Of a stretch of 33,772 bases of DNA, positions 9,584 to 16,913 are shown one piece after another. The stretch's first letter is position 1; each line of letters begins with the position of its first letter. Under the pieces are notes generated by a model. The model was not told where the DNA came from. It saw only the letters and a program-made list of their open reading frames with translations, and did not search any database. Position numbers and translations under genes: made by a program. Source of the DNA: a virus; the IMG/VR virus record IMGVR_UViG_3300038463_000594. One strand, 5' to 3'.

Positions 9584-9805
9584 CTAGTCAGGCTGCTCCC
9601 ACCCAATAACGAATTTAAACCCAAGCCAAAACCCATAGAATAACGCTATTATTCCTTCTAGGAGTGCTTCAATAACACCCATAAGAATAATAGTTGCTAT
9701 AATACTCCACGGTGTTGAGCCGCTAAAGCTATTGCCATGTATGAATATCCATGACATTAAGAATGAAGATAAAGATACGCAGATAGGGAGTGATTTTATT
9801 TCCAT
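9584..9805 (-). CDS. Small integral membrane protein (holin or exclusion-type candidate)
   Basis: 73 aa with 2-3 hydrophobic helices. GGAGGAAAT SD. Has its own promoter-like element directly upstream. Confidence 0.65.
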   Translation of the reverse strand: MEIKSLPICVSLSSFLMSWIFIHGNSFSGSTPWSIIATIILMGVIEALLEGIIALFYGFWLGFKFVIGWEQPD

Positions 9806-9836
9806 ATTTCCTCCATGTTAATACCCATCTACTTAA

Positions 9837-9866
9837 ATAGTACCCTATAATACGCCATTGTGTCAA
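9837..9866 (-). promoter_or_regulatory. Sigma70-like promoter for the membrane-protein gene
   Basis: Minus strand reads TTGACA-18 nt-TACTAT. -35 = revcomp of 9861-9866, -10 = revcomp of 9837-9842. About 30 nt upstream of the ATG at 9805. Confidence 0.5.
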
Positions 9867-9869
9867 GTT

Positions 9870-10016
9870 TTATGTCTCCCTGCGAATCTTTTCCATGATG
9901 GCTCGGAGTATCCATCTCGTTATTGTTATGTTATATGTTTTTGCCGTTTCTTTTACCATTCCGTGAATAGGGAGTGGCACATCAAATGTTAGGCGCTTTC
10001 TGTTGGGTCTCTTCAT
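9870..10016 (-). CDS. Ribbon-helix-helix (Arc/CopG/MetJ-type) DNA-binding protein
   Basis: 48 aa from ATG 10016 (AAAGGA SD 4-5 nt upstream): MKRPNRKRLTFDVPLPIHGMVKETAKTYNITITRWILRAIMEKIRRET. Beta-strand then two helices. The ORF-track TTG start at 10064 has no SD. Confidence 0.65.
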   Translation of the reverse strand: MKRPNRKRLTFDVPLPIHGMVKETAKTYNITITRWILRAIMEKIRRET

Positions 10017-10131
10017 CGCATCCTTTCTATTTGTAGCGAATGTATTACACCGTATTTCTATCAATCATAGCTTATACCTTGTTCATATGTTTTTATGTGC
10101 TTAATAACTTATTACTTATAAAGGGTTTACG

Positions 10132-10767
10132 ATGGCAAATAATTTCGCCTATGGGTTAGGCGCCCCTCTCCAATACGTGTTTGCAGCTCCCGTAGTTGCA
10201 TTGCGTAATCCTGCTAATACTGATACGGGATATGACATTGGCCAAATATGGGTCAACAGTTCTGCTTTCAGCAGCTATACGTTGACTGGATTTAATAGCA
10301 ATGGCGTTCCTCAATGGGTTGTTAATACTCAAAGTGGTGCAGGGTCATTTGCCAGTTTGATTGTTACCCCCGGACCGGTAACATTGTCTGGAACGACTAA
10401 TATAAACGCTTCAGGCGCATCGGTTACTACTATCGGCACGGGCGGCACCGGTGCAGTTCATATTGGTAATGCTACGGGAAATACGGCGGTTACCGGATCT
10501 CTCACGGCGTCTACCACGCTTACCGCTGCTGCGGGAAATATTACCGCAACTAATGGCAATGTCGTTCTTTCGACAGCGGCTACTTATCTCGCTCTTCCCG
10601 GGCCTATAAGAATTCAGTCTGGGGCATCTGGTGCAGGAGCTCCTGCCGCGGGATTGGCGGTTGAAGTGGGGGATATATATATCAATACCACGGCAGCTTC
10701 AGCGGTAACTCGTATATATGTTGCTACCGCAGCGGGAACGTGGACTAACATTACGTGTGCCGCATAA
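10132..10767 (+). CDS. Fibre-like protein (Gly/Thr/Ala beta-helix-type repeats)
   Basis: 211 aa. Repeats such as GTTNINASGASVTTIGTGGTGAVHIGNATGNTAVTGSLTASTTLTAAAGNITATNGNVVL. Flanked by a divergent control region and a downstream hairpin. Confidence 0.6.
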   Translation: MANNFAYGLGAPLQYVFAAPVVALRNPANTDTGYDIGQIWVNSSAFSSYTLTGFNSNGVPQWVVNTQSGAGSFASLIVTPGPVTLSGTTNINASGASVTTIGTGGTGAVHIGNATGNTAVTGSLTASTTLTAAAGNITATNGNVVLSTAATYLALPGPIRIQSGASGAGAPAAGLAVEVGDIYINTTAASAVTRIYVATAAGTWTNITCAA

Positions 10768-10784
10768 TAATTTCTGGTTCCTTT

Positions 10785-10814
10785 GATCCCCGCGAGGTTG
10801 CACTTGTGGGGATC
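10785..10814 (+). terminator. Hairpin after the 211-aa fibre-like gene (terminator candidate)
   Basis: GATCCCC-16 nt-GGGGATC followed by ATATATCTTTTAT. Confidence 0.45.
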
Positions 10815-10862
10815 ATATATCTTTTATAGGCTTAGACAAAACTTAACTTTAAAGGAACCTTT

Positions 10863-11060
10863 ATGAACATAGTTCAATCAGTTGTGCTCGAAACAAATCG
10901 CTCAGGTCGTTATATCTTTTTGTCTGTTCCGGTAGGCGTAAGCTATGATGAAGCTCTCGATGCTATTCAAGAAATGAGTGCAGCAGTACAAGACATGAAA
11001 GACAAAGATCCAAGAAGTAAGCCTGTAGAAGAGCCAGAAGTTAAAGCAGAATTAGTGTAA
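10863..11060 (+). CDS. Small acidic hypothetical protein
   Basis: 65 aa. AAAGGAA SD. Confidence 0.65.
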   Translation: MNIVQSVVLETNRSGRYIFLSVPVGVSYDEALDAIQEMSAAVQDMKDKDPRSKPVEEPEVKAELV

Positions 11061-11089
11061 TAATAACACTTTACTTTAAAGGAAGTGTA

Positions 11090-11446
11090 ATGAGCTTTGG
11101 AAATAGAGCCTTATTTGAACCCTTGAGAAGACTAGCAGAGCCTCTACTGGCTACGTATCAGCCGCTTGAAACTGCGGCGCCAATAGCACCTCTTTTGAAT
11201 CAATCGCGCATGTTGATCATTGTTAACAATCTCAATACCGATATTTTAATATCATTTGATGCCGTTAATGATCATCTTTTTATGCCCCAGTCGAGCCAGA
11301 TAACATTGGATTTCACGAGTAATGAAGTTGATATGAATGGCTTATTTATCGCTTTGGGTACTACCATATATGCAAAATATAGTTCAGCTGCTGCAACAAC
11401 GGGTGCCGTATATGCTTCTTCTATATATGCATATGGCGATAACTAA
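11090..11446 (+). CDS. Hypothetical protein in the fibre locus
   Basis: 118 aa. AAAGGAAG SD. Confidence 0.7.
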   Translation: MSFGNRALFEPLRRLAEPLLATYQPLETAAPIAPLLNQSRMLIIVNNLNTDILISFDAVNDHLFMPQSSQITLDFTSNEVDMNGLFIALGTTIYAKYSSAAATTGAVYASSIYAYGDN

Positions 11447-11457
11447 GAGGAGATGCT

Positions 11458-12009
11458 ATGTCACAGTTTACGAGAAGTAATATAGGAACTATGCCGGTAG
11501 GCCCTTATGTAGCGACCTTGACCGGTGATGATATGGTGGTTGTCCCCGCATCAGCATCTAATAATATTAACGTTGTTGGTGATGGCGTTAATATAACCAC
11601 CACCGGCAATGCAGGCGCTAATAAATTAACTATATCCCTTATTAATAACCTCGATGTTGCGGCTACGACTACCGATAATACACCAACACTTGCCTATACC
11701 TTAGCAACAGCTAACAATAAGGGGTATGCGATATTTGTTAAGGCAGTTGGCTCTTATGCCACCTATGCTAATGCATTGGCGCAGGCCGTATCGGGCGTGG
11801 CCCTCAATGATGCCGGAACCCTTACTACGGTGGGAAGCCAAGGTACGGCGGTAACGACGGGTGGATTTCCTGCCAACATAGGACCAAGTAACCCAAACCG
11901 TTATGGGGTGAGCTTTACCGTATCAGGCACCAATGTCTTAATTAATGTTACGGGTGTGGCAGCTACCAATATGAACTGGACCCTTAACATCCAATATTTC
12001 GTGGCATAA
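11458..12009 (+). CDS. Fibre-locus structural protein
   Basis: 183 aa. GAGGAG SD. T/N/G/A-rich beta-type composition like its neighbours. Confidence 0.65.
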   Translation: MSQFTRSNIGTMPVGPYVATLTGDDMVVVPASASNNINVVGDGVNITTTGNAGANKLTISLINNLDVAATTTDNTPTLAYTLATANNKGYAIFVKAVGSYATYANALAQAVSGVALNDAGTLTTVGSQGTAVTTGGFPANIGPSNPNRYGVSFTVSGTNVLINVTGVAATNMNWTLNIQYFVA

Positions 12010-12018
12010 GGAGGATAT

Positions 12019-13326
12019 ATGGCTATTATACAGACATTAGATACCTTTGCAGGAAGCCCCTTTCTCTACCAAGAGTCAGTAGCTTCTATGGCATTTGGTA
12101 TTGATACGGCATCAAGTGATGCAATTAAATTGGTAGCGCTGGCAACGAATGGCGCTGTAGTTTCAGGAACAGCTCAATTAACGATTGGCACCACAACTAA
12201 TGGTGCAATTACCCTAGCGCCCAATGGTACTGGTGCAACTGTTCTTGCCAATGGTGATTTAGATGTAGACGCTGGTAACATATTCATGCCTGCATCTACT
12301 TCCGCACAAGGCATATACTATATAAATGCAACGCCATTTATGAGTGATTTTGGTAATTCTAATAACGTTTTTCTTGGCGCTAATGCGGGTAATTTCACTG
12401 GTTCATTCAACATGAGTGTTTTTGTTGGTGCATCAGCAGGAGGTGCTTCAGTAACTTCTCAAAATAATACACTTATAGGTTCTGTTGCAGGCGGAGGGCT
12501 TACAACGGGTAGTAATAATACTCTTATAGGTAGCGATTCATGCGAGTTTCTTACGACCGGTTCAAGTAATATCGCATTGGGTGCTGCTTTCTATGCCACT
12601 TTTCCTAATTCAGGTGGGGCTCTTGCTCGTTTAGTTAGTGGAAACAACAATATTGCCATAGGGTCTATGTTTAATAGTTCTCCTAATGGTAGTGGTCCTG
12701 GTTATAATTACACAACTTCAGAGTCAAATAACATCGTTATTGGGGGGGCAACAGTTGGCACTACTGGTGAATCAAATGTAATGCGCCTGGGAACATCAGG
12801 ATCTGGTTCCGGTCAAGTTAATGCCACGTATGTTGCTGGTATCTACGGCGTCAATGTGGGCAGTGTTGCATCAGTTGTATCAATAGATTCAAGTGGTCAG
12901 CTAGGAGAAACAGTCATTACGGCTGGCGCTGGCGTTTCTGTCACGGCCGGAGCTAATACTATCACTATAGCTTCTTCTGGTGGTGGTGGTGGATTGACCT
13001 GGTATGATGTTACCGGTGGATCAGCTACAATGGCAGCAGGGAGTGGTTATATTGCTGATTCAGGAAGCTTAACAACGCTCACATTACCAGCTAATAATGC
13101 CTTTGGTGATACTATTAAGGTTGTAGGTAAGGGCGCTGGTGGGTGGAAGATTGTATACACCACCGGCCAGAATATTGTATTTGGCACTTCAACAAGTGCG
13201 ACCACAACAGGTGATATTTCCTCAAATAATGCCAGTGATTGTGTAGAAATAGTATGTACTACCGCAAGCGCTACAGCTCCAATATTTACGGTAATATCCT
13301 CCATAGGTAATATAACGATTGTCTAA
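12019..13326 (+). CDS. Tail fibre protein, paralogue A (YadA/Hep_Hag-like shaft repeats, own C-terminal domain)
   Basis: 435 aa. Repeats of N.[LI].[IL]G..[AS]G type. Neck motif ESNVMRLGTSGSGSGQVNATYVAGIYGVN shared with the next ORF. The C-terminal ~115 aa are unrelated to those of the next ORF. Confidence 0.7.
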   Translation: MAIIQTLDTFAGSPFLYQESVASMAFGIDTASSDAIKLVALATNGAVVSGTAQLTIGTTTNGAITLAPNGTGATVLANGDLDVDAGNIFMPASTSAQGIYYINATPFMSDFGNSNNVFLGANAGNFTGSFNMSVFVGASAGGASVTSQNNTLIGSVAGGGLTTGSNNTLIGSDSCEFLTTGSSNIALGAAFYATFPNSGGALARLVSGNNNIAIGSMFNSSPNGSGPGYNYTTSESNNIVIGGATVGTTGESNVMRLGTSGSGSGQVNATYVAGIYGVNVGSVASVVSIDSSGQLGETVITAGAGVSVTAGANTITIASSGGGGGLTWYDVTGGSATMAAGSGYIADSGSLTTLTLPANNAFGDTIKVVGKGAGGWKIVYTTGQNIVFGTSTSATTTGDISSNNASDCVEIVCTTASATAPIFTVISSIGNITIV

Positions 13327-13335
13327 GGAGTAAAT

Positions 13336-14544
13336 ATGGCAACGAATAATGGCTTAAATCATTCGTCTGCGCCGTTTACGGTTACATCAGGTGACCTGTC
13401 CGTATCGTCCGGTAATATTAATATGCCCACGCCAACTTCTTCGATAGGGGTATATAATATAAATGGATTCCGCTTTATGTATGAGTATGGTGCCAGTACG
13501 TTCTTAGGAAGAGCTTCGGGTAATTTTACGGCATCCGGTACAGATAATATTGGGATTGGTGTCAATTCTGCCCAAGCATTATCTACCGGTGCTTATAACA
13601 CGTTGATTGGTAACTCAGCAGGGATAGCAATCAATAGCGGAAGTCAAAATTGTGCACTTGGTAGCTATTCTTTCGTGACGGCAACAAGCGCGGAAAATAA
13701 TATAGCTATAGGAAGCGGTATTGATCCCGCTATCGATGTAGGAGGGCCTTTGGCCCAACTGACTACGGGGAGAAGTAATATCGCCATAGGAAGTTGTATT
13801 TCCTCTAATCCATCTACCGGTGCCGGCTATAATTATATTAATGGAGAGTCTTCCAATATTATCCTAGGAGGTATGACACTAGGTACGGCAACTGAATCAA
13901 ACGTAATGAGGCTTGGAACGAGTGGAAGCTCTGAAGGTGAGATAAATACTACCTATATCGCGGGCGTGTATGGCGTTAATGCAGGATCAATAGCAAACGT
14001 TGCCACTGTTGCAACCACAGGTAAATTCGGTACGGCAGCAATAACTGCTGGCGTAGGAATATCAGTGACGCCATCTGCTAATACTATAACGGTAGCGGCG
14101 ACTGGTTCCAATTCATCATTACCGGCGTTCTTAGCGATTCTTGAGTCCAATGATAATAATGTGACAGGCGATGGAGCGCTTTACACCATGGGAACCAATG
14201 TCGCTCTCACCAAGATATATGATCAGACAAGTAGCTTCAATACCAATGGCACTTTTACCGCTCCGGTGACGGGTAAGTATTTCCTTCATACACAGCTCAT
14301 CATAGGTAGTTGTACGACTGCCTTTACGTTTAGTACGTACATTGTTACGAGTTCAAGAACATATCAAACTCAATTTGAAAGAACTGCTTCAAGCCACAAT
14401 GGGTTTGGTAACAATAGTATTGTTGCTCTCATGACTGCGGGCGATACTGCCATAGTGCAAGTATCGTCAGGAGGAGAATCAGGTAATACTAACGGTCTTG
14501 ACGGGTCGGGCTCCTGTTTGTTTACGGGATACTTAGTCTGTTAA
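13336..14544 (+). CDS. Tail fibre protein, paralogue B, with C1q/TNF-like C-terminal globular domain
   Basis: 402 aa. Shaft and neck align with 12019..13326 (ESNVMRLGTSGSSEGEINTTYIAGVYGVN). aa ~262-402: PAFLAIL...FNTNGTFTAPVTGKYFLHTQL...SIVALMTAGDTAIVQV...CLFTGYLVC follows the C1q head pattern. Confidence 0.7.
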   Translation: MATNNGLNHSSAPFTVTSGDLSVSSGNINMPTPTSSIGVYNINGFRFMYEYGASTFLGRASGNFTASGTDNIGIGVNSAQALSTGAYNTLIGNSAGIAINSGSQNCALGSYSFVTATSAENNIAIGSGIDPAIDVGGPLAQLTTGRSNIAIGSCISSNPSTGAGYNYINGESSNIILGGMTLGTATESNVMRLGTSGSSEGEINTTYIAGVYGVNAGSIANVATVATTGKFGTAAITAGVGISVTPSANTITVAATGSNSSLPAFLAILESNDNNVTGDGALYTMGTNVALTKIYDQTSSFNTNGTFTAPVTGKYFLHTQLIIGSCTTAFTFSTYIVTSSRTYQTQFERTASSHNGFGNNSIVALMTAGDTAIVQVSSGGESGNTNGLDGSGSCLFTGYLVC

Positions 14545-14565
14545 TAACCATTTAAAGGATATATT

Positions 14566-15555
14566 ATGGCTACAAATAATTCAGCCGATTACAGTCCAAC
14601 GCAGTATAATGTGCAAGTTGGCGGGGCGAACGGCGCTTTAGCAAATATAGCTCCATCAGCCACTTCAGGTGTTCCGATAATCTCTGGTGGATCCTCTGCC
14701 AATCCTAGTTTTGGTACCGCGGTAGTAGCGGGAGGTGGTACGGGTGTGGCAACAATGACAACTGCTTACGCACCCGTTTGTGCTGGTACGACAGCAACAG
14801 GAGCACTTCAGGTAGCATCAACAGGATTGTCTACTTCAGGATATGTTCTAACAAGCAATGGATCTTCAGCATTGCCTAGTTTTAAAGCAGCTTCCGGAGG
14901 AATAGCATCTGTAGCTATACAAGTTTTTACCTCTTCTGGAACTTATACTCCTACTTCTGGAATGCTTTATTGCATTATTGAATGCGTGGGTGGTGGCGGT
15001 GGCGGTGGTGGCAATGCGGGGACTGCCCCTAACACAACTTCTGGTGGTGGCGGTGGATCTGGAAGCTATTCTAGAAAAGTATCAAGTGCTGCCGCAATAG
15101 GCGCCTCTCAGACTGTTACCATTGGAGCTGCCGGGGCTGGCGGAGTTTCTGGTCAGAATAATGGTGGCAACGGAGGAGATACTTCTGTAGGAACGATATG
15201 TATAGGTAAAGGTGGCGGTGGTGGTGGTGGCGCAGCTGGTAATATCATTGGTGGAGCCCCTGGCGCAGGTGGTGTAGCGGGTACGGGAGATTTTACAAGT
15301 ACCGGAACTCCTGGTGGCGTTGGTCTATATATCAATCAGACTGCTACCACCGGAAGTGCAAATGGTGGATCATTTGGTGGGCCATCTTTTTTTGGTGGCG
15401 GAGCCATAGCTCTTATTTTCACTAATACTGGTAATGGAAACGCGGCTACCAATTATGGGGCTGGTGGTGGAGGTGGCTATGGTTGGAATGTTACTGCTAA
15501 TCAATCTGGTGGCGCCGGATCAGCAGGGGTTATAATTATAACTGAGTATATATAA
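14566..15555 (+). CDS. Glycine-rich-domain fibre/tail protein
   Basis: 329 aa. The N-terminus MATNNSADYSP resembles that of the preceding gene. The core FTSSGTYTPTSGMLYCIIECVGGGGGGGG, further poly-Gly blocks and GAGSAGVIIITEY at the end fit the glycine-rich domain seen in phage tail proteins. Confidence 0.65.
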   Translation: MATNNSADYSPTQYNVQVGGANGALANIAPSATSGVPIISGGSSANPSFGTAVVAGGGTGVATMTTAYAPVCAGTTATGALQVASTGLSTSGYVLTSNGSSALPSFKAASGGIASVAIQVFTSSGTYTPTSGMLYCIIECVGGGGGGGGNAGTAPNTTSGGGGGSGSYSRKVSSAAAIGASQTVTIGAAGAGGVSGQNNGGNGGDTSVGTICIGKGGGGGGGAAGNIIGGAPGAGGVAGTGDFTSTGTPGGVGLYINQTATTGSANGGSFGGPSFFGGGAIALIFTNTGNGNAATNYGAGGGGGYGWNVTANQSGGAGSAGVIIITEYI

Positions 15556-15570
15556 ATACTAAGGATTGCT

Positions 15571-15801
15571 ATGGAATTATCATCAATATATAAAGTGATA
15601 TTGCTCATAGTCTCTCTTATTATTGGCGTGAGTGCACATATTATATACTTGCGCCAATCAACATCGCCTCTGGTTAAAGAGATTGCTCAAGATGTTGAAG
15701 AAATCTCTGAAGAAGTAATCAAGGATGAATCGGGTATGGATATTCGCTCATTTACTGATATGGTATCTACTCCTCAATCACCACAAATGCATCAGATATA
15801 A
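15571..15801 (+). CDS. Small single-pass membrane protein with acidic tail (holin/antiholin or unknown)
   Basis: 76 aa. TM helix IYKVILLIVSLIIGVSAHIIYL. Last gene of the rightward late block. Confidence 0.6.
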   Translation: MELSSIYKVILLIVSLIIGVSAHIIYLRQSTSPLVKEIAQDVEEISEEVIKDESGMDIRSFTDMVSTPQSPQMHQI

Positions 15802-15807
15802 AGAAAA

Positions 15808-15833
15808 CCCCTCGTCTGAAACATGACGAGGGG
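15808..15833. terminator. Intrinsic terminator at the convergence point (best oriented for the minus-strand erf operon)
   Basis: CCCCTCGTC-8 nt-GACGAGGGG. On the minus strand it is followed by TTTTCTTTAT. On the plus strand it is flanked by A-runs. Confidence 0.75.
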
Positions 15834-15840
15834 AAAAATA

Positions 15841-15862
15841 TTCTCCCTTAAAACAAGGAGAA
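15841..15862 (-). terminator. Second, weaker minus-strand terminator in tandem
   Basis: Minus strand TTCTCC-10 nt-GGAGAA followed by TATTTTT. Confidence 0.45.
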
Positions 15863-15933
15863 CGGAGTTGTCCCAGAAGGGCCACCTGGAAAGGAAAAAA
15901 GGAAGAAAAACCAGGCGCCCAAATTTATTAAAC

Positions 15934-16413
15934 TTATCGTTGATAACTTGCATCATTATCTTCATTTTGCGGCTGAAGTCCTAATATTGTCAATGTTTCA
16001 TATCTTCGTGCATATGTTCTTCTTGATCCTATCTGCTGCATAAGTGTTAGTTTTTCCTTACTTTTTTCATATTCCTCAGGAATAATCGCAGGAACAGTAA
16101 ATTGAGACTCGAAGAATTGGCCGCTTATATGAGTGATTCTGGTGTGCAATACACCATCTTTGGATGAATATTGCCTGAATGCTAAGCCATATTTATTAAG
16201 AATAGGAGTAACCATCTCAAGGATATCTTCAAGAACTGCATATTTTCCTACAAATGACTTATGAGTCTTAAGAACCGGCCCGAATTCCATTTGGGATGCT
16301 ATAAAAGCAGGAATAATCTGGTCTTGTTCCTGAGATTGCAACGAAGATAATTCCATTCCTCTTCGTATCAAAGCATCTCGCTCTTTAATCAGCTTTTCTA
16401 GTAGGTTTTCCAT
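15934..16413 (-). CDS. erf: ERF-family single-strand annealing recombinase
   Basis: 159 aa. GKYAVLEDILEMVTPILNKYGL and IGSRRTYARRYETLTILGL match the P22 Erf pattern (KY.Y..DIL..V.PLL..GL ... SYARKY.L..L.G). Confidence 0.85.
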   Translation of the reverse strand: MENLLEKLIKERDALIRRGMELSSLQSQEQDQIIPAFIASQMEFGPVLKTHKSFVGKYAVLEDILEMVTPILNKYGLAFRQYSSKDGVLHTRITHISGQFFESQFTVPAIIPEEYEKSKEKLTLMQQIGSRRTYARRYETLTILGLQPQNEDNDASYQR

Positions 16414-16484
16414 TATTTACCTCTTACAGCATTCATTGTTTTTATCATGCAATGGGCTCGTATCATGTCTAAATTATTTTCCAT
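16413..16484 (-). CDS. 23-aa micro-ORF translationally coupled to erf (tentative)
   Basis: AGGATAATTT-ATG. MENNLDMIRAHCMIKTMNAVRGK. Its TAA shares an A with the erf ATG (ATAATG). Its initiation region is the 29-bp repeat copy. Confidence 0.35.
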   Translation of the reverse strand: MENNLDMIRAHCMIKTMNAVRGK

Positions 16485-16502
16485 AAATTATCCTATCGTT
16501 TG
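16474..16502. repeat. 29-bp perfect direct repeat, copy 1
   Basis: TTATTTTCCATAAATTATCCTATCGTTTG, identical to 16885-16913. Confidence 0.97.
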
Positions 16503-16555
16503 GAGGGGACCGCCATAAGCAGTGAAAGACGGCCCTCAGAGTAGTAGTGAAGTCT
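16502..16555 (-). repeat. Conserved intercistronic hairpin element, copy A
   Basis: GGAGGGGACCGCCATAAGCAGTGAAAGACGGCCCTCAGAGTAGTAGTGAAGTCT. Shares a 23-nt core and a 16-nt tail with 18082-18133. Stem 5+3 bp with a 2-nt bulge. Confidence 0.85.
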
Positions 16556-16895
16556 ATATCTCTATATTTTTAATATTTATTTCAATATCTAATAAATCTG
16601 CAATTGTGTTTATAAATTCTCTAAGAGCAATACTCTTCTTCTCTACAATTTCTTCTGAATCAGTATTATGTATAGAAAAAAATATTGATTGTTCTTCTAA
16701 GGTAAGAGAAAAAGTCACTGCATTAATGAGAGAACATAAATCTGGCATACAATTAATAACTTTTTTTCTATCTTCTTCATTGGATATGCTTGTATATACT
16801 TTAAACAGAAACTTTTCTAATTTTTCTTCTCCAGCTTTAAATAATTCTGTTCCTATCTCTTCTATTCTCATTATTTTTATTTCTTTATTTTCCAT
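16554..16895 (-). CDS. Acidic early orphan protein (cassette cargo)
   Basis: 113 aa, Glu/Asp/Ile-rich, very AT-rich coding sequence. SD AGGATAA. The first 11 nt lie inside repeat copy 2. Confidence 0.7.
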   Translation of the reverse strand: MENKEIKIMRIEEIGTELFKAGEEKLEKFLFKVYTSISNEEDRKKVINCMPDLCSLINAVTFSLTLEEQSIFFSIHNTDSEEIVEKKSIALREFINTIADLLDIEINIKNIEI

Positions 16896-16913
16896 AAATT
16901 ATCCTATCGTTTG
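16885..16913. repeat. 29-bp perfect direct repeat, copy 2
   Basis: Identical to 16474-16502. 411 bp between the copy starts. Confidence 0.97.

Noticed and set aside
9870-10064. Longer TTG-initiated versions of the RHH gene (to 10064), the DUF551-like gene (to 19022) and ORF 33015
   Set aside because: None has an SD. Each has a downstream ATG with a good AAGGA/GGAGG-type SD. The extensions would include promoter or palindrome sequences.
15153-15335. 60-aa poly-proline minus-strand ORF
   Set aside because: Mirror image of the GGY (poly-Gly) tracts of the glycine-rich fibre gene.
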